Of a stretch of 64,000 nucleotides of DNA, positions 12,488 through 24,270 are shown piece after piece. Location of the stretch: assembly GCF_009914755.1 (NCBI RefSeq), contig NC_060941.1. The stretch is one strand, 5' to 3'. The translations under genes were made by a program, and so were the position numbers. Position 1 is the stretch's first letter. Each line of letters starts with the position of its first letter. The notes under the pieces were generated by a model. It saw only the letters and a list, made by a program, of their open reading frames with translations, made no database searches and was not told where the DNA came from. This DNA comes from the human T2T-CHM13v2.0 reference genome, Homo sapiens.

Positions 12488-14249
12488 CTGTAAGGCAACC
12501 CAGGCAGAGCTGACGACCTACCTGGGCCAGGAGCCATCCTCATCCATGAGAGGGCCCCAGCCCTCCCCATCCACCCTAAGTCTCAGCCCGGGAGAAGGCA
12601 CAGGGAAGGAAGGCAAGGGCCTCCCTGTGGAGCTGATGCCCACGAGGCACCAGGACCCTGGAGAAGAGGGAGCTCGAGGCTGGCCTGGAGGGGGCCACTC
12701 GGGGCCTGTGGGGTGCCTTGGGCTGCACAATGGGGCTGCTCCTCCTGGGCTGGAGGCGACACCCTCTGTGGAGCTGAGAAAGTCCAGTCCTGAGACGAGA
12801 TGGGTGCCACCCAGGGTGGGTGGCTGAGCCCTGACTGACAGCAGTGCCTCGTGAGTGACCACATCACCCACCAGAGTCCAGGGAGCCTGGCCTGAGAGCT
12901 GCCTAGTGCCCTGAGGACGCACCTGGGACCTGTCCCACCTGACACTCCCCATAGGCCTTGCAGGGTGTGACCTCCCAGCGTTCACCTGCCTCTCCCTGCA
13001 TCCCGGCTGCAGACCCTGCCTATTCCTCATCTTCCCCCATCCTGCCCGCCACAGAGACTGTGACCCTCTCTCCGGCCACCCTGGCCCTTCCAGGACCCTC
13101 TTCCTGTCAGAGCCTAGGTATGAGACCCCCCAGGTCTCTTACTGGGCTGCTCAGCGCTGCTGGGGAGAAGCCTGGGGTGACAAGGGTGACCAAGGGCCCT
13201 GCAGGCAGTGGGGCTGGCCCCACCACCCTGCCTACAGCCTCAGCTGGCTCTCAGGGCAGTCAGCCTTCAACCCTCAGCCTCCTCCCAGCCACTGCAAAAA
13301 CCAGGACATGGGATGCCTGGCTGTCCTCCCCCTACTGTCCTGCCTGCCCCGACTCAGCCTCCCGTCCACCTTCTGTGGTGCTGACTGAGCCAGCAGGAAG
13401 CAGAGTCTCTGGAGGGCCACGTAGAGCTTGGGGACTGACTGAGTCACCCCCACTGAGGGGTCCCAGGTGAGCCGCTGTTCCCTGACCACCCCATCTGTTT
13501 TCCTCCCCAGACTATCAGCTCTACCCTGGGCCAGCTTGGTTCAGGTGCATCCCAGAAGTGGCAGGTCTCACCGGCTCACCGCCCCCCAATCCCAGGCTCC
13601 TCCCTCTCTCCATCCTGTGAGTCCTGAGGGGCCGGCTCCAGGCTGGGCTCCCCTTACCAGGCCCAGGTCCCTTCCCAGCACCACCACTCCTGGGGCCTTC
13701 AGCTTCAGGCTCTGTTGCCCCCCAGGCCTCACTGTGGGATGCCCAGGACAGGCCCTACACTTCTTCTCCCCCAGCCTCCCAGGGTCACAGCCCTTGCTGT
13801 CCCCATGCCCCTCCCTATAGGATGCCCCAGTGGGCCCCCTGAGCCCTTGGAGACCTGCTACACAACAGCCCACAGGCCTGGCCAGGTGTCCCCTTGCCCT
13901 GTGGCCACCACCCTCAGATCTCACCAGGGCAGGCCCCAAGGGGACAGGGCCAGACCCTTAGGCTGCCCCCTCGTCTCCTGCTGATGTGGAGAGCTCAGTG
14001 CTGAAAGCCCCGGGCCTGACCCAGCCCCCTCTCTGTCCCACCCGCTCTCTCGAGCTCCCTAGATGGGCCTTGAGGCTCTGCCCTAACCCTGACCACAGGC
14101 TGGACTTGCAGGAGAGGCAGAGAGGAGTTCTTACCCTGGAGAGGAGATTGTCCTGAGCCAGGGAAGCCTGCCCTACCTCAGAGAGACCTTTCTAAAAACA
14201 AAACCCATCCCTGAGGTGAGACTTGTGGGTGGGGGGACAGAGGACTCAC

Positions 14250-14332
14250 CACACAACCCAGAGACGACTGGTGAATTTCCAGATGTCAACACGCTCATGC
14301 TCTGTGTCCACTGCTGCCCCAGCTCAGCGTCC
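14250..14332 (-). pseudogene. TBC1D27P: 83-nt exon GR*AGAAVDTEHERVDIWKFTSRLWVV with premature TGA (14326-14324)
   Basis: AG and GT intact. Stop at codon 28, probably CGA>TGA. Confidence 0.85.
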
Positions 14333-14487
14333 CTGTGACCCAGCGAGGGCCAGGGAGACAGGGGCAAGGTGAAGGGCTTGGGGTCCTGACGGCATGGAGA
14401 GCCTGTCTTCACCCTGTGGTCCTGGGGAGCCCAGGACCCTCTGACCAGGCTCTGACCAGTGGGGGAGGTGAGGCCCCACCTTCCTCA

Positions 14488-14718
<231 letters not shown>

Positions 14719-14889
14719 TTAAATCCAGTATTCCCACCCATGCCCTAGTCTCTAGAGTCCCTGCCCTGGACCAGGAGTAGGCTCCTTCCTGAGGACTTGA
14801 ACACAGGGGGACCTGGACAGAGAGGCCCATTGTTCCCAAATGCCCTAAGACAGACACACACTTGCCCTGGCAGGACCAACGGCGTCCAC

Positions 14890-15016
14890 CTGCTGAGGGT
14901 AAAGGGCCCACGATGGGCTGTTCCAGGCACCTGGAGGCAGTTGGGGTCAGGAACCAGACGTCTCTATAGGATCAGCCTCCTGGGATCCTTCTAGGACCAT
15001 GAAGATGCCCAGTTTT
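14890..15016 (-). pseudogene. TBC1D27P: Putative non-coding 5' exon of TBC1D27P
   Basis: Acceptor cttcctacag and donor gtggac, just upstream of the first coding exon. Confidence 0.45.
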
Positions 15017-15465
15017 CTGTAGGAAGCAAGACATCTGGTGACTGCTCCATTCTGCTCCAATTCTCACTCACTCTGGCTGGTGAAGCCGCTTCAGGAACAA
15101 CACCAGCTAAGCAGGAGGGCATTTGGTTTGGGGGAAAAATGACCTATTGAGTCCAAAGCAGCCTCTGTCCTCGTGGAGACCCTGTGCTCGTCTCAGGTGG
15201 AGGACGGTGGACTCCACAATTCCCAGCTGTCAATACAGGAGGGGGCTTCGTTTTCCTGGATCACCAAGGAAAAAACAAGAGAATTCTGGGGACTTGGTCC
15301 TGGAGAACACCCAGGGGGACCATCTTCCTTGGGAATACTTGGGACAAAGGGAAGACAAGACCTCTAGAGAATCAGACAGAGAAGGTTCCAGTCCCCAAGC
15401 CCCTTTGACCAAGAGGGACGATCATCACCCTCCAGGCAGCCCTCTAGAGCTCCTTCATTTTCCAC

Positions 15466-17850
15466 AACTGCCCGAGGGCAGAGGCCTCCCCACCCCACTC
15501 CCAGACGAAGGACTCCATGTGTCCAGTGGGTCCCACAGCAACCATCAGTGACCGCACCTGAAGTCTGAGTTGATGAGACCTCCTCCTGTGGGGACCAAGC
15601 TTTGGGCACAGACTTGGACTGAGAATCACCCCCTCCACCCCATCAGGGTCCAGAACCCCAGGGAAATGTGGGATCTAAGGCAGGGAGGCTGCAAAGGTCA
15701 GGGCTTGAGTCTAGCACTGCACAGGGCAGGGCTGAGTGCACGGCCCAGGCCACATCTGGGTCTCTGGGCCAGTCATCACCTCTCTGACTCTAGACATCTC
15801 ACCTGTGGAATGGCTACATTCGGGGACAGGATCCGCCCCATGGAGTTGCTGTGGGGATGAAGGAAAAGGCCATCTACAAGGTCAGCACAAAACCTGCACC
15901 TGGCGAGTGCTGAGGGATGCTATGACTCATCCCCACTATGAATAGAGGCAAAGAGGCTCCAAGGACAAACCCCCTGTCAGGTCATCCAGTGGCCAGCTGG
16001 CCAGGCCTCTGCTAGCCAGGCCCTACTGAGCAGGCCCCGTGACTATTTCCCCACTGATCATATTTTCACTAAGCCCCAGTGTCCAAGTCTCTGCTGACCA
16101 GGCCCCCCTGACCCAACCCATGATGACCAGATCTCTCACTGACCATGTTCTCAATGACGAGGACCCCGCTGCCCAGGTCCCCACTTCCCAGGTCCCAAAG
16201 CAGCAGTGCTCAAAGTCCCCTACCTAACTGCCCAAGGGCAGAAGGCTCTTCACCCCACTCCCAGACAAGGGACCCCCTGTGTCCAGTGGGTCCCACAATG
16301 ACCCTCAGTGACCACATGTGAAGTCTGAGTTGGTGAGACCTCCCGCGGGGTCCCAGCTTAGGGCACAGACTTGGACTGAGGACCACCCCCTCCACCTCAC
16401 CCATAGGATCTCTGTCCCAGTGGCTCTTCCAGGGCCAGACTCTGCCCCATCAGGGGCTGGAACCCCGGATGGATTTGGAATCCAGGGCAGGGAGGCCACA
16501 GAGGTCAGGGCTTGAGTCCAGCGTAGCACAGGGCAGGGCTAAGAGCATGGCCCAGGGTCACATCTGGGTCTCTGGACCAGTCGCTGCCTCTCTGACCCTA
16601 GACATCTCACCTGTGGAATGGGTACATTAGGGGACAGCACCCACCCCCACCAGCGTCACTGTGACGACCAACAAGACGAACATCTATACCGTCAGTGCAG
16701 AACAGGCACCTACCTGGTGAGTGCTCAGGGATGACCCTCCTCGGCACCCGCCCAGAGGCCAGCACTGCCTGGTAGCGACTGTCCCAGGTCAGCAGGGAGG
16801 GAACAGAGCAGGTCACACTCAGCTGAGTCTGCTGATCCAACTGTGCCTCTCACTTAAGAAAGCCTCCTCTGAGCAGAACCAGACATCGCTGTTTATCTTG
16901 TCTCTAAGAGCTCCAGACACAGAGAAGGCAGCCAGGTAGGCGGGTGGGTACTCAGCACCAGTGACATTACGGGATCACGGCACCCATCACAATGGGCCCC
17001 CGCCTGGGTCAGCAGGGCCCACAGTCACCGTCCTCCACCCCCGAAGCATCAACATGTGTGCATGCAGTGTGTTTGTAAATGTGAGCGTGCACATATATGT
17101 GGGTGAACACGTGCATATGGTGTGTTGCTTCTGTGGCTGGGCCAGGTGGCCCCATTCATGTACGCACTCAGGTCCTTGTCACTGTCACGCCCGGCCCTGG
17201 GCCTGTGGCCAGCATCAGAGTGTCCACAGGTGTTCCCCAACCTCAGCCCTCCCTAGGTGGGGCAGTCCTGTGGACGGGGAGCAGAGAATTGAGGGTGGAG
17301 GGCAGAGAGCAGGCCCCCTCTTTAGCAGGGGACTCAGCTAGGGTGTAAAGTGCTAGGTCTGTTGGGCAGGGCCGGATTCCACACACCTGCTCATCTCCTC
17401 CTCCCAGTAGCCCTCTGGGGTGATGTGACTCATCCCCACTACAGATGGCGGCAAGCAAGCTCCAAGGACAAACCCCTGCATGAGGTCACCCAGCAGCCGG
17501 CTGGCCAGGACCCCACTAACTAGGCCCCCACTGACCAAGCCTCCCCCGACAAGGCCGCTGCTGACCAATGCCCCCCCACAAGTCCTTCACTGACCAGGTC
17601 CTCACTGACCAGGTCCTGACTGACCAGGCTCTTGATGACCAAGCCCCCAGTAATCAGATCTCCACTTACCAGGTCCCCACTGACCAAGACCCATTGACCA
17701 AGCACCCAGTGACCAGGTCCTCACTGACAGTCCCTCAATGACCAGGCCGCCTGACCAACTCTCTGATGGCCATGCCCTTTCTGATCATATTTTTTGTGAC
17801 CAAGTCCCAGTGTCCTAGTCTCTGCTTACCAGGCCTCTACTGCCAAGGTC
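15466..17850. repeat. Diverged local duplication: A (15466-15829), B (15924-16200), A' (16226-16637), B' (17427-17850)
   Basis: Shared strings, e.g. gggcacagacttggactgag, tagacatctcacctgtggaatgg, gactcatccccacta, ctccaaggacaaacccc. Confidence 0.88.
17510..17760. repeat. Degenerate 15-bp minisatellite (ccactgaccaggtcc)n
   Basis: Repeated tgacca core at about 15-bp spacing. Confidence 0.88.
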
Positions 17851-18532
17851 CCTGAGCCATGGAGCTCAATGTCTTCTTTCAGTGACCCGCTTCAGTCCTC
17901 AGAGCCACCCCTCCCCACATTGGCACCCATAAGCCAGGCACTGGGGATCTTCTCAGGTCAGGGCCCCTCCTCTGGGACACAGGGAGGGGCACTCGGCCCC
18001 AGGCTTTGGGTGCCCAGCTTCATGCTCACCCCACAAAACCCTCTGGGCCCATCTCAAAGGGGGCAGTGAGGTGACCTGGCACCACCTGGACACACTGTCT
18101 GGGCCTATTCCTGAGCCACACAGCCAGAGGAACGGGGGGATGTTAGACAAGGCACCCCGCTCTGTTGGGCCTCCCAGGGCCCTTCCCTCAGAGCCCGAAT
18201 CTGGTGACACAGCACAGAGGCTGCAGGGTGACCAGCCCAGAACCCTTGAGACTAGGCTGGGGACCACACAAGAACTGTCCACAGACAGCCAGAAGATGCT
18301 TTGCTAGTTTCTTGATACCTCATTTCTCACCAGCTACCCTTCCCCCACCAGGAATCCCCTTCATGCAGAGTCAATGAGGAGAGGAAGATGTCACAGAATC
18401 CGTGGAAGGAAAGAAAACAAAAGGTGGGTGGGGAGAAGAGTTGGGAGTGTAGCATTGTAAGGGTCCTATACTATGCGTATTATTTGAGGGTTGGCTGTGA
18501 TTAATTAAAGGTGTTTCTTGCAGACAACCATT

Positions 18533-18545
18533 ACACACACACTCT

Positions 18546-18579
<34 letters not shown>

Positions 18580-18625
18580 CAGATATATATATGTGTGTAT
18601 GTATATATATATAATAGAGAGAGAG
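18533..18625. repeat. Compound (CA)n(TA)n microsatellite at an Alu tail
   Basis: Read directly from the sequence. Confidence 0.92.
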
Positions 18626-18904
18626 GAGGTCTCACTCTGTCGCCCAGGCTGAAGTGCAGTGGCCCAAACACAGCTCACTATACAGCCTTGACTTCCCAGG
18701 CTCAAGCAATCCTCCCACCTCAGTCTCCTGAGTAGCTGGGACTACATGTGTGGGCCCCCATGCCTGGCTGCTTTTGAAATGGTTTGTTGTAGAAATGGGA
18801 TCCTGCTGTGTTACCCAGGCTGATCTGGACCTCCTGTCCCCAAGCAATCCTCCAGGCTCAGCTGGAAGTGTTGGGATTACAGGGATGAGCCACTGCACTT
18901 GGCT
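18618..18904 (-). mobile_element. AluJ-like element
   Basis: Diverged Alu reverse consensus. Confidence 0.85.
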
Positions 18905-18959
18905 TAGACATGTTTTTAAGAAGCATAAATACGAATTTCAGTGTTGCCATGAAGTCAGG

Positions 18960-19195
18960 CAGGGGTTGGCAAACTATGGCCCACAATCCAGATGCAGTCC
19001 CCTCCTGTCATGGTGAATAAAGGTTTATTGGAGCCACAGTTCCTCCCCTGTGTTCACTTCTTGTCTGTGGCTACTTAGGGCTGCAGTGGCGAAGCTGAGT
19101 AACTGCTGAGTAGGTGCAACAAAGACCACAGGGTCCACGAAGCCCAAGATGCTTACTACCAGGTCCTTTGCAGAAAAATCTTGCTGAGCCCTGGG
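18960..19195. mobile_element. MER58-like DNA transposon
   Basis: Termini caggggttggcaaact... and ...tgctgagccctg. Confidence 0.65.
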
Positions 19196-19909
19196 GAGGG
19201 GCCAGGTGGCAGCGGGGAGGCCAGTGGGGAGGCTGGTACAGTAATCCAGGTGAAAAACGATGAGAGCTCAGATTAAAACTATCATGACAAGTGGCTGGAA
19301 TCAGGATATATTTTGGGGAAAGGACCAACAATACATAGATAAAATGGACAGTATTTAGAGTTTCAGATTTTCTTTCTACCAAAGGATCCCTTTCTAAAAA
19401 AAAAAAAGAGTACAAAAGATCAATTTTAAAAACTGACCAAAGAAACACCACCACAAGATTATTTGTGTGATTGAAGCTGGGGTTGAGCCTGGGTACCTTG
19501 TGTTTTCAACACCCCTAAAACCCCGGCTGTTCCAGAGGCACCTACAGAGCCCCTTGGGTTCAGACGAGCAGAACTTGAAACCATGGATCGGAAGGAATAG
19601 AAATCTGCATATCTTTCACACAAGCCGTAACATTCTAAGCCGCATATTTGCAGGACGCTGACGTGGGGCTACTTCACCCACAGCCAGCAAGCGTCTGCGC
19701 CAGTTCTGGGATTTGTGTCCACCTTGTTGTAAGAAGGCAGCTGCTTGCGTGAGGCATGGCGGTGAGGAAACAATGCCACCCGGATCTCACCATTGGCCGT
19801 GTGGACTGGCTGTACCATGGGCCAGACGCATGTCTTGGGCAGACACTTTTTAGATGCCAACTTGCCTGTAGACAAAGATGACGCAGAGGTGGCCTCGAGG
19901 ACGGCCTGT

Positions 19910-20315
19910 GTGATGGGTTGAATTTGTCCCCCGAAATTCCTGTGTTGATGTCCTAAGCCCCAGTGCTTGAGAATGTGATCTTATTTACAGATATCATCTT
20001 ATAGAAATAAGTTAAAATGAAAAATGAGGTCAGTAGGGGGGCCCCCAATCTAACTACTGGTGTCGTTATTATAAGAAAAGGAAATGTGGACAGAGACACA
20101 CAGAGGGAAGACGAGGTGAAGAGACACCGGGAAGGCCACCTACCTGCCAGGAGAGAGGCCTGGAACAGAGCCTTCCCGCACCGCCCTGAAAAGGGACCTT
20201 CCCTGCCGACACCTTGATCTTGGACCTACAGCCTGCAGGACTGTGAGACAGTGAGATTCTGTTGCTGAAGCTGCCCAGTCTGTGGTACTTTAAGGAAGCC
20301 CAAGCAAACCAATGC
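19910..20315 (+). mobile_element. MLT1 (MaLR) LTR
   Basis: tgtgatgggttgaat...accttgatcttggacctacagcctgcaggactgtgaga. Confidence 0.75.
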
Positions 20316-20684
20316 AGCGTGGTAGCCCACAGCTGGTGAAAAGATGGAATGAGCGACGGAGCCCCAGGCTTCCTGTCTACACCTCCCAAAGTGCGCTACG
20401 GGATCCTTTGGTGGGTGCAGGTTTGCAAGATAATTTTAGGAGGTGCAGGGTGCATAATTTCAATGTACATTATTATGGATTTATCTTACTGTGAAAATGC
20501 TTCTAAGAATAGTTTACTTAAGGTTTACATGCTACTCAAGATATAGCTTTAAATGCTAACAAAAAGTGGACTCAAATGAAAACATTCTCTTGCTGTGGTC
20601 CAGGGAATCTTGATGTTTTTTCCAGAGAGACTCGCAGCTTTCAGCTACAGCTGCCCTCCCCTTCCTGTCCACTGCACATCCCCA

Positions 20685-20786
20685 CAACACACACACATAT
20701 ACATACATACATGCACAGACATCCACACGCACACACATATACGTACATGCACACGCATACATGCACACACATATGCATGCACACAC

Positions 20787-20820
<34 letters not shown>
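20685..20820. repeat. Imperfect CA-rich tract ending in a perfect (CA)n run
   Basis: Read directly from the sequence. Confidence 0.95.
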
Positions 20821-20822
<2 letters not shown>

Positions 20823-21186
20823 TGCGTCATGCCCTTACTAAGGAGGCATGGAAGGGAATGTGTGTCTGTAAGGAAATGAAGATGGCTCAAGCCCCTGGTT
20901 CCCTGGGTGTTTGCACAGGCACCCTCCCTGCAGACCTTTCTTTGGTCTCTTTCTCTCTCTTAGTGAAAGAGAGAAGCAGAGCCCCAGTGGGTACCCGGCT
21001 GCTTAGGGCTCAACCCAAGGTCACAAGCTTCCTCGAGAGCCTGGTGAGATGGGGGCACCACAGGGCCTCCCAAACCAAGGGGGCAGCGTTCAGTGGAGCC
21101 TGATGCCCAGGAAAGTGATAGACAAGATGTCTCAGTTCATCAAAGACCCAACCACAATGCAGTGAGGAAGGGCAGCTGCCAAAGGT

Positions 21187-21246
21187 TTTATTCTCCAGGA
21201 GGAGGGGCTCTCGGGGGCTGTGAGCAGCAGGCACGAGGACTTTATT
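21187..21246 (-). terminator. TNFRSF13B: Two AATAAA polyadenylation signals ending the TNFRSF13B 3' UTR (21246-21241 and 21192-21187)
   Basis: tttatt on the + strand at both positions, 380-440 nt downstream of the stop codon. Confidence 0.75.
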
Positions 21247-21314
21247 GCACGTGTGGTTAGGTGATGACGACCTACAGCTGCACTGGGAACTGGGACTCAG
21301 AGTGCCCCGACCTC

Positions 21315-21615
21315 CTGCTCTATCTCTCTCTGTCCCTCTCTCCCTCTCTGTCTCTCTGCCTCTCTCCCTCTCTGCCTCTCTCCCTCTCTGCCTCTCTCCT
21401 TCTCTGCCTGTCTCTTTCCTTCTCTGCCTCTTTCCCTCTCTGCCTCTCTTCCCCTCTGTCTCTCTCTCCCTCTGTCTCTCTCTCCCTCTCTGTCTCCTCT
21501 GTTTCTCTCCCTCTCTGCCTCCTCTGTCTCTCTCTCCTCATATCTCTCTCCCCTCTCCCCACCTCTCTTTCTCTCTCCCCTCCTCTCCATCTCTCTCCCT
21601 CCTCCTTTCCCTCCC
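21315..21615. repeat. About 300-bp degenerate polypyrimidine/polypurine (CT/GA) tract in the TNFRSF13B 3' UTR
   Basis: Almost only C and T on the + strand, in ctctgtctct/ctctgcctct units. Confidence 0.95.
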
Positions 21616-21625
21616 TGACCCCCAT

Positions 21626-21982
<357 letters not shown>

Positions 21983-22360
21983 TCACCAGCGTAGAACGCC
22001 CCCAGACAGGTGTCCGTGTCCGCCAGTTGCTGACCAGAACCTGTGCCGGGGCAGGGGTGGGCAGGCAATTCTTGGCTCTCACTTCTGTCCAGCACCGAGC
22101 CTGCCACGCCCCCCAAGGGGACACCTCCTCCTGGGCTTAGCCCTGAAGGCTCTGCATCTGGAGAATCCTGGGCCCAGGCAAACCTGAAGACCGGCACCCC
22201 ACACCCACCCTTCCCGGGTGCCACTCTCCCAGTTATCTGTCTGCCAGGATGTCTTAACCTGATTTTATCAAGGTATAGCAAGTAACAGGGATGAGCCCTG
22301 GGCCTCTCCACCTAGAAGCAGGGGCAGTGACAGGACCGAGGGATGGCCCGAGGCTTGTCA

Positions 22361-22639
<279 letters not shown>

Positions 22640-22989
22640 TCATTAGGCTCAAGCAATCCACATCCCCCCATCCCCCTGCTGTGAGCCTGTCTGGCTCCTG
22701 GAGAGGCTGGGCTCCTTTTCTGACCCTGAGGCTGCTGGGATGCTCTCTGGATCCTGAAGGAAGTTGATCCACTCCCCCATCCTGGCAGCAACTTTCTAAG
22801 GCCTCAAAGCTGGAAACGTGAGCTAGGCCTTCTTGTTGTCTCCACTTGCTAGGGCTGTAATTGGGACAGCGCTGGAGATGGGCTGATGGGTGAATCGACA
22901 GACGAACAGACGATGCTCCAGGGAGCATGTCTCTGTGCATCCTGAACTGGGCCCTTCCTCCAAGGAGAAAGCTTCCTGAGTGAGCGTTT

Positions 22990-23335
22990 ACAGTCGTCCC
23001 TTGGTATCCATGGGGGACTGGTTCCAGGATCCCCTACAGATACCAAAATCCGCGGATGTCCAAGTGCCTGATACAAGACGGCCTGGCATTTGCATATAAC
23101 CTATGCACATCCTCCTATACAATTAGAGTCATCTCTAGATTACTTATAATACCAAATACAATATAGATGCCATGTAGAAGGGTGTTATACTGTATTGTTT
23201 AGGGATAACAATGAGAAAAAATGGCTGCAGAGGTTCAGTACAGATGCAACTATCCCCTATCTTTTCTGAGTATTTTCCAGCTGCTGTTGGTTGAATCCAC
23301 AGACATGGGTCGCACGACACAGAGGGCCCACTGTG
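22990..23335 (+). mobile_element. MER2 (Tigger-derived) DNA transposon
   Basis: cagtcgtcccttggtatcc...gagggcccactg. Reverse-similar to 61430-62045. Confidence 0.75.
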
Positions 23336-23684
23336 TTTGAGAGTAGGACAGGCGACGTTACACTGAGACCAGGACAGCAGGTGCCAACCAGGAGGGCTTT
23401 GGGCATCAGGGCACCTGGCCACCCTATGACTCAGGACTTGTGCCTCCAGGTTTGGATGCCAGAGACAGACTCAGCCCAGGTGAAAGCCCTCCCCTTGGAA
23501 GTTCTCCTTATCCCAAAAGCTCTTCCTTGTCCCTGGAGCTGGGCATCCTCTAGGCGCTGGGTGGAAAGACAGATGAGCCAGATTTAAGATGACACGTCAA
23601 GAAGAGCGAGTCCCACTTCGTGCCGGGAACTTCCCCTACAACACCCCCTTCATCTTCCCGCTCTGATGGCAGACAACTACCCCC

Positions 23685-24270
23685 ATTAAAAATACTGAGA
23701 ATTTGTATACCATCAAATTTGCTGTATTAAAGTGTACAACCAGTGGCTTTTAGCACATCACAAGGTTGTGCAGCAATGGCAACTGTCTAATTGGAGACAA
23801 TTTTTATCACCAAACAGAAACCCTGTCTCATCAGCAGTCACTCCCCATTCCCTCTTCCCAGCCCCTGGCAACTGTTCATCTCTTTTCTGTCTCTGTGGAT
23901 TTGCCTATTCCAGACATTTCATATTAATGAAATCATACAACACGTGGTCTTTTATGCCTGGCTCCTTGCACTTGGCTTTGAGTTTTCAAGGTCCACCATG
24001 TCCTGCCGTGCTGTGTATTAGACCTTCGTTTCTCTTTAGGCGGAATGGACAGACCACATCTGTTTACGCATTCAACAGGGAATGGGCATTTGGGTTGCTT
24101 CCACTTTCTGGCTATTGTGAATGACGCTGCTGTGAACATTCACATCCACATGTTTGTGTGGATGGAAGTTTTCCATTTTCTTGGGTGTATACCTAGGAGA
24201 AGAATGGCTGGGTCACATAATAACTCTGTTTCGTTTTTTGAGGACCTGCTGGACTGCGTTGCACAGCATC
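23685..24270 (-). mobile_element. Old L1M 3' fragment
   Basis: Contains tggctattgtgaatgacgctgctgtgaacatt and cttgggtgtatacctagga. Confidence 0.7.

Noticed and set aside
12258-13984. Several 120-190-aa overlapping ORFs on both strands
   Set aside because: GC-rich intron of the pseudogene. Pro/Gly/Ser-rich with no recognisable domain.
17510-17760. Regular short repeats suggestive of a CRISPR array
   Set aside because: Tandem degenerate 15-mers without unique spacers, in primate DNA with no cas genes.
20556-21103. His/Thr-rich and Cys/Val-rich ORFs
   Set aside because: Translations of the CA microsatellite.
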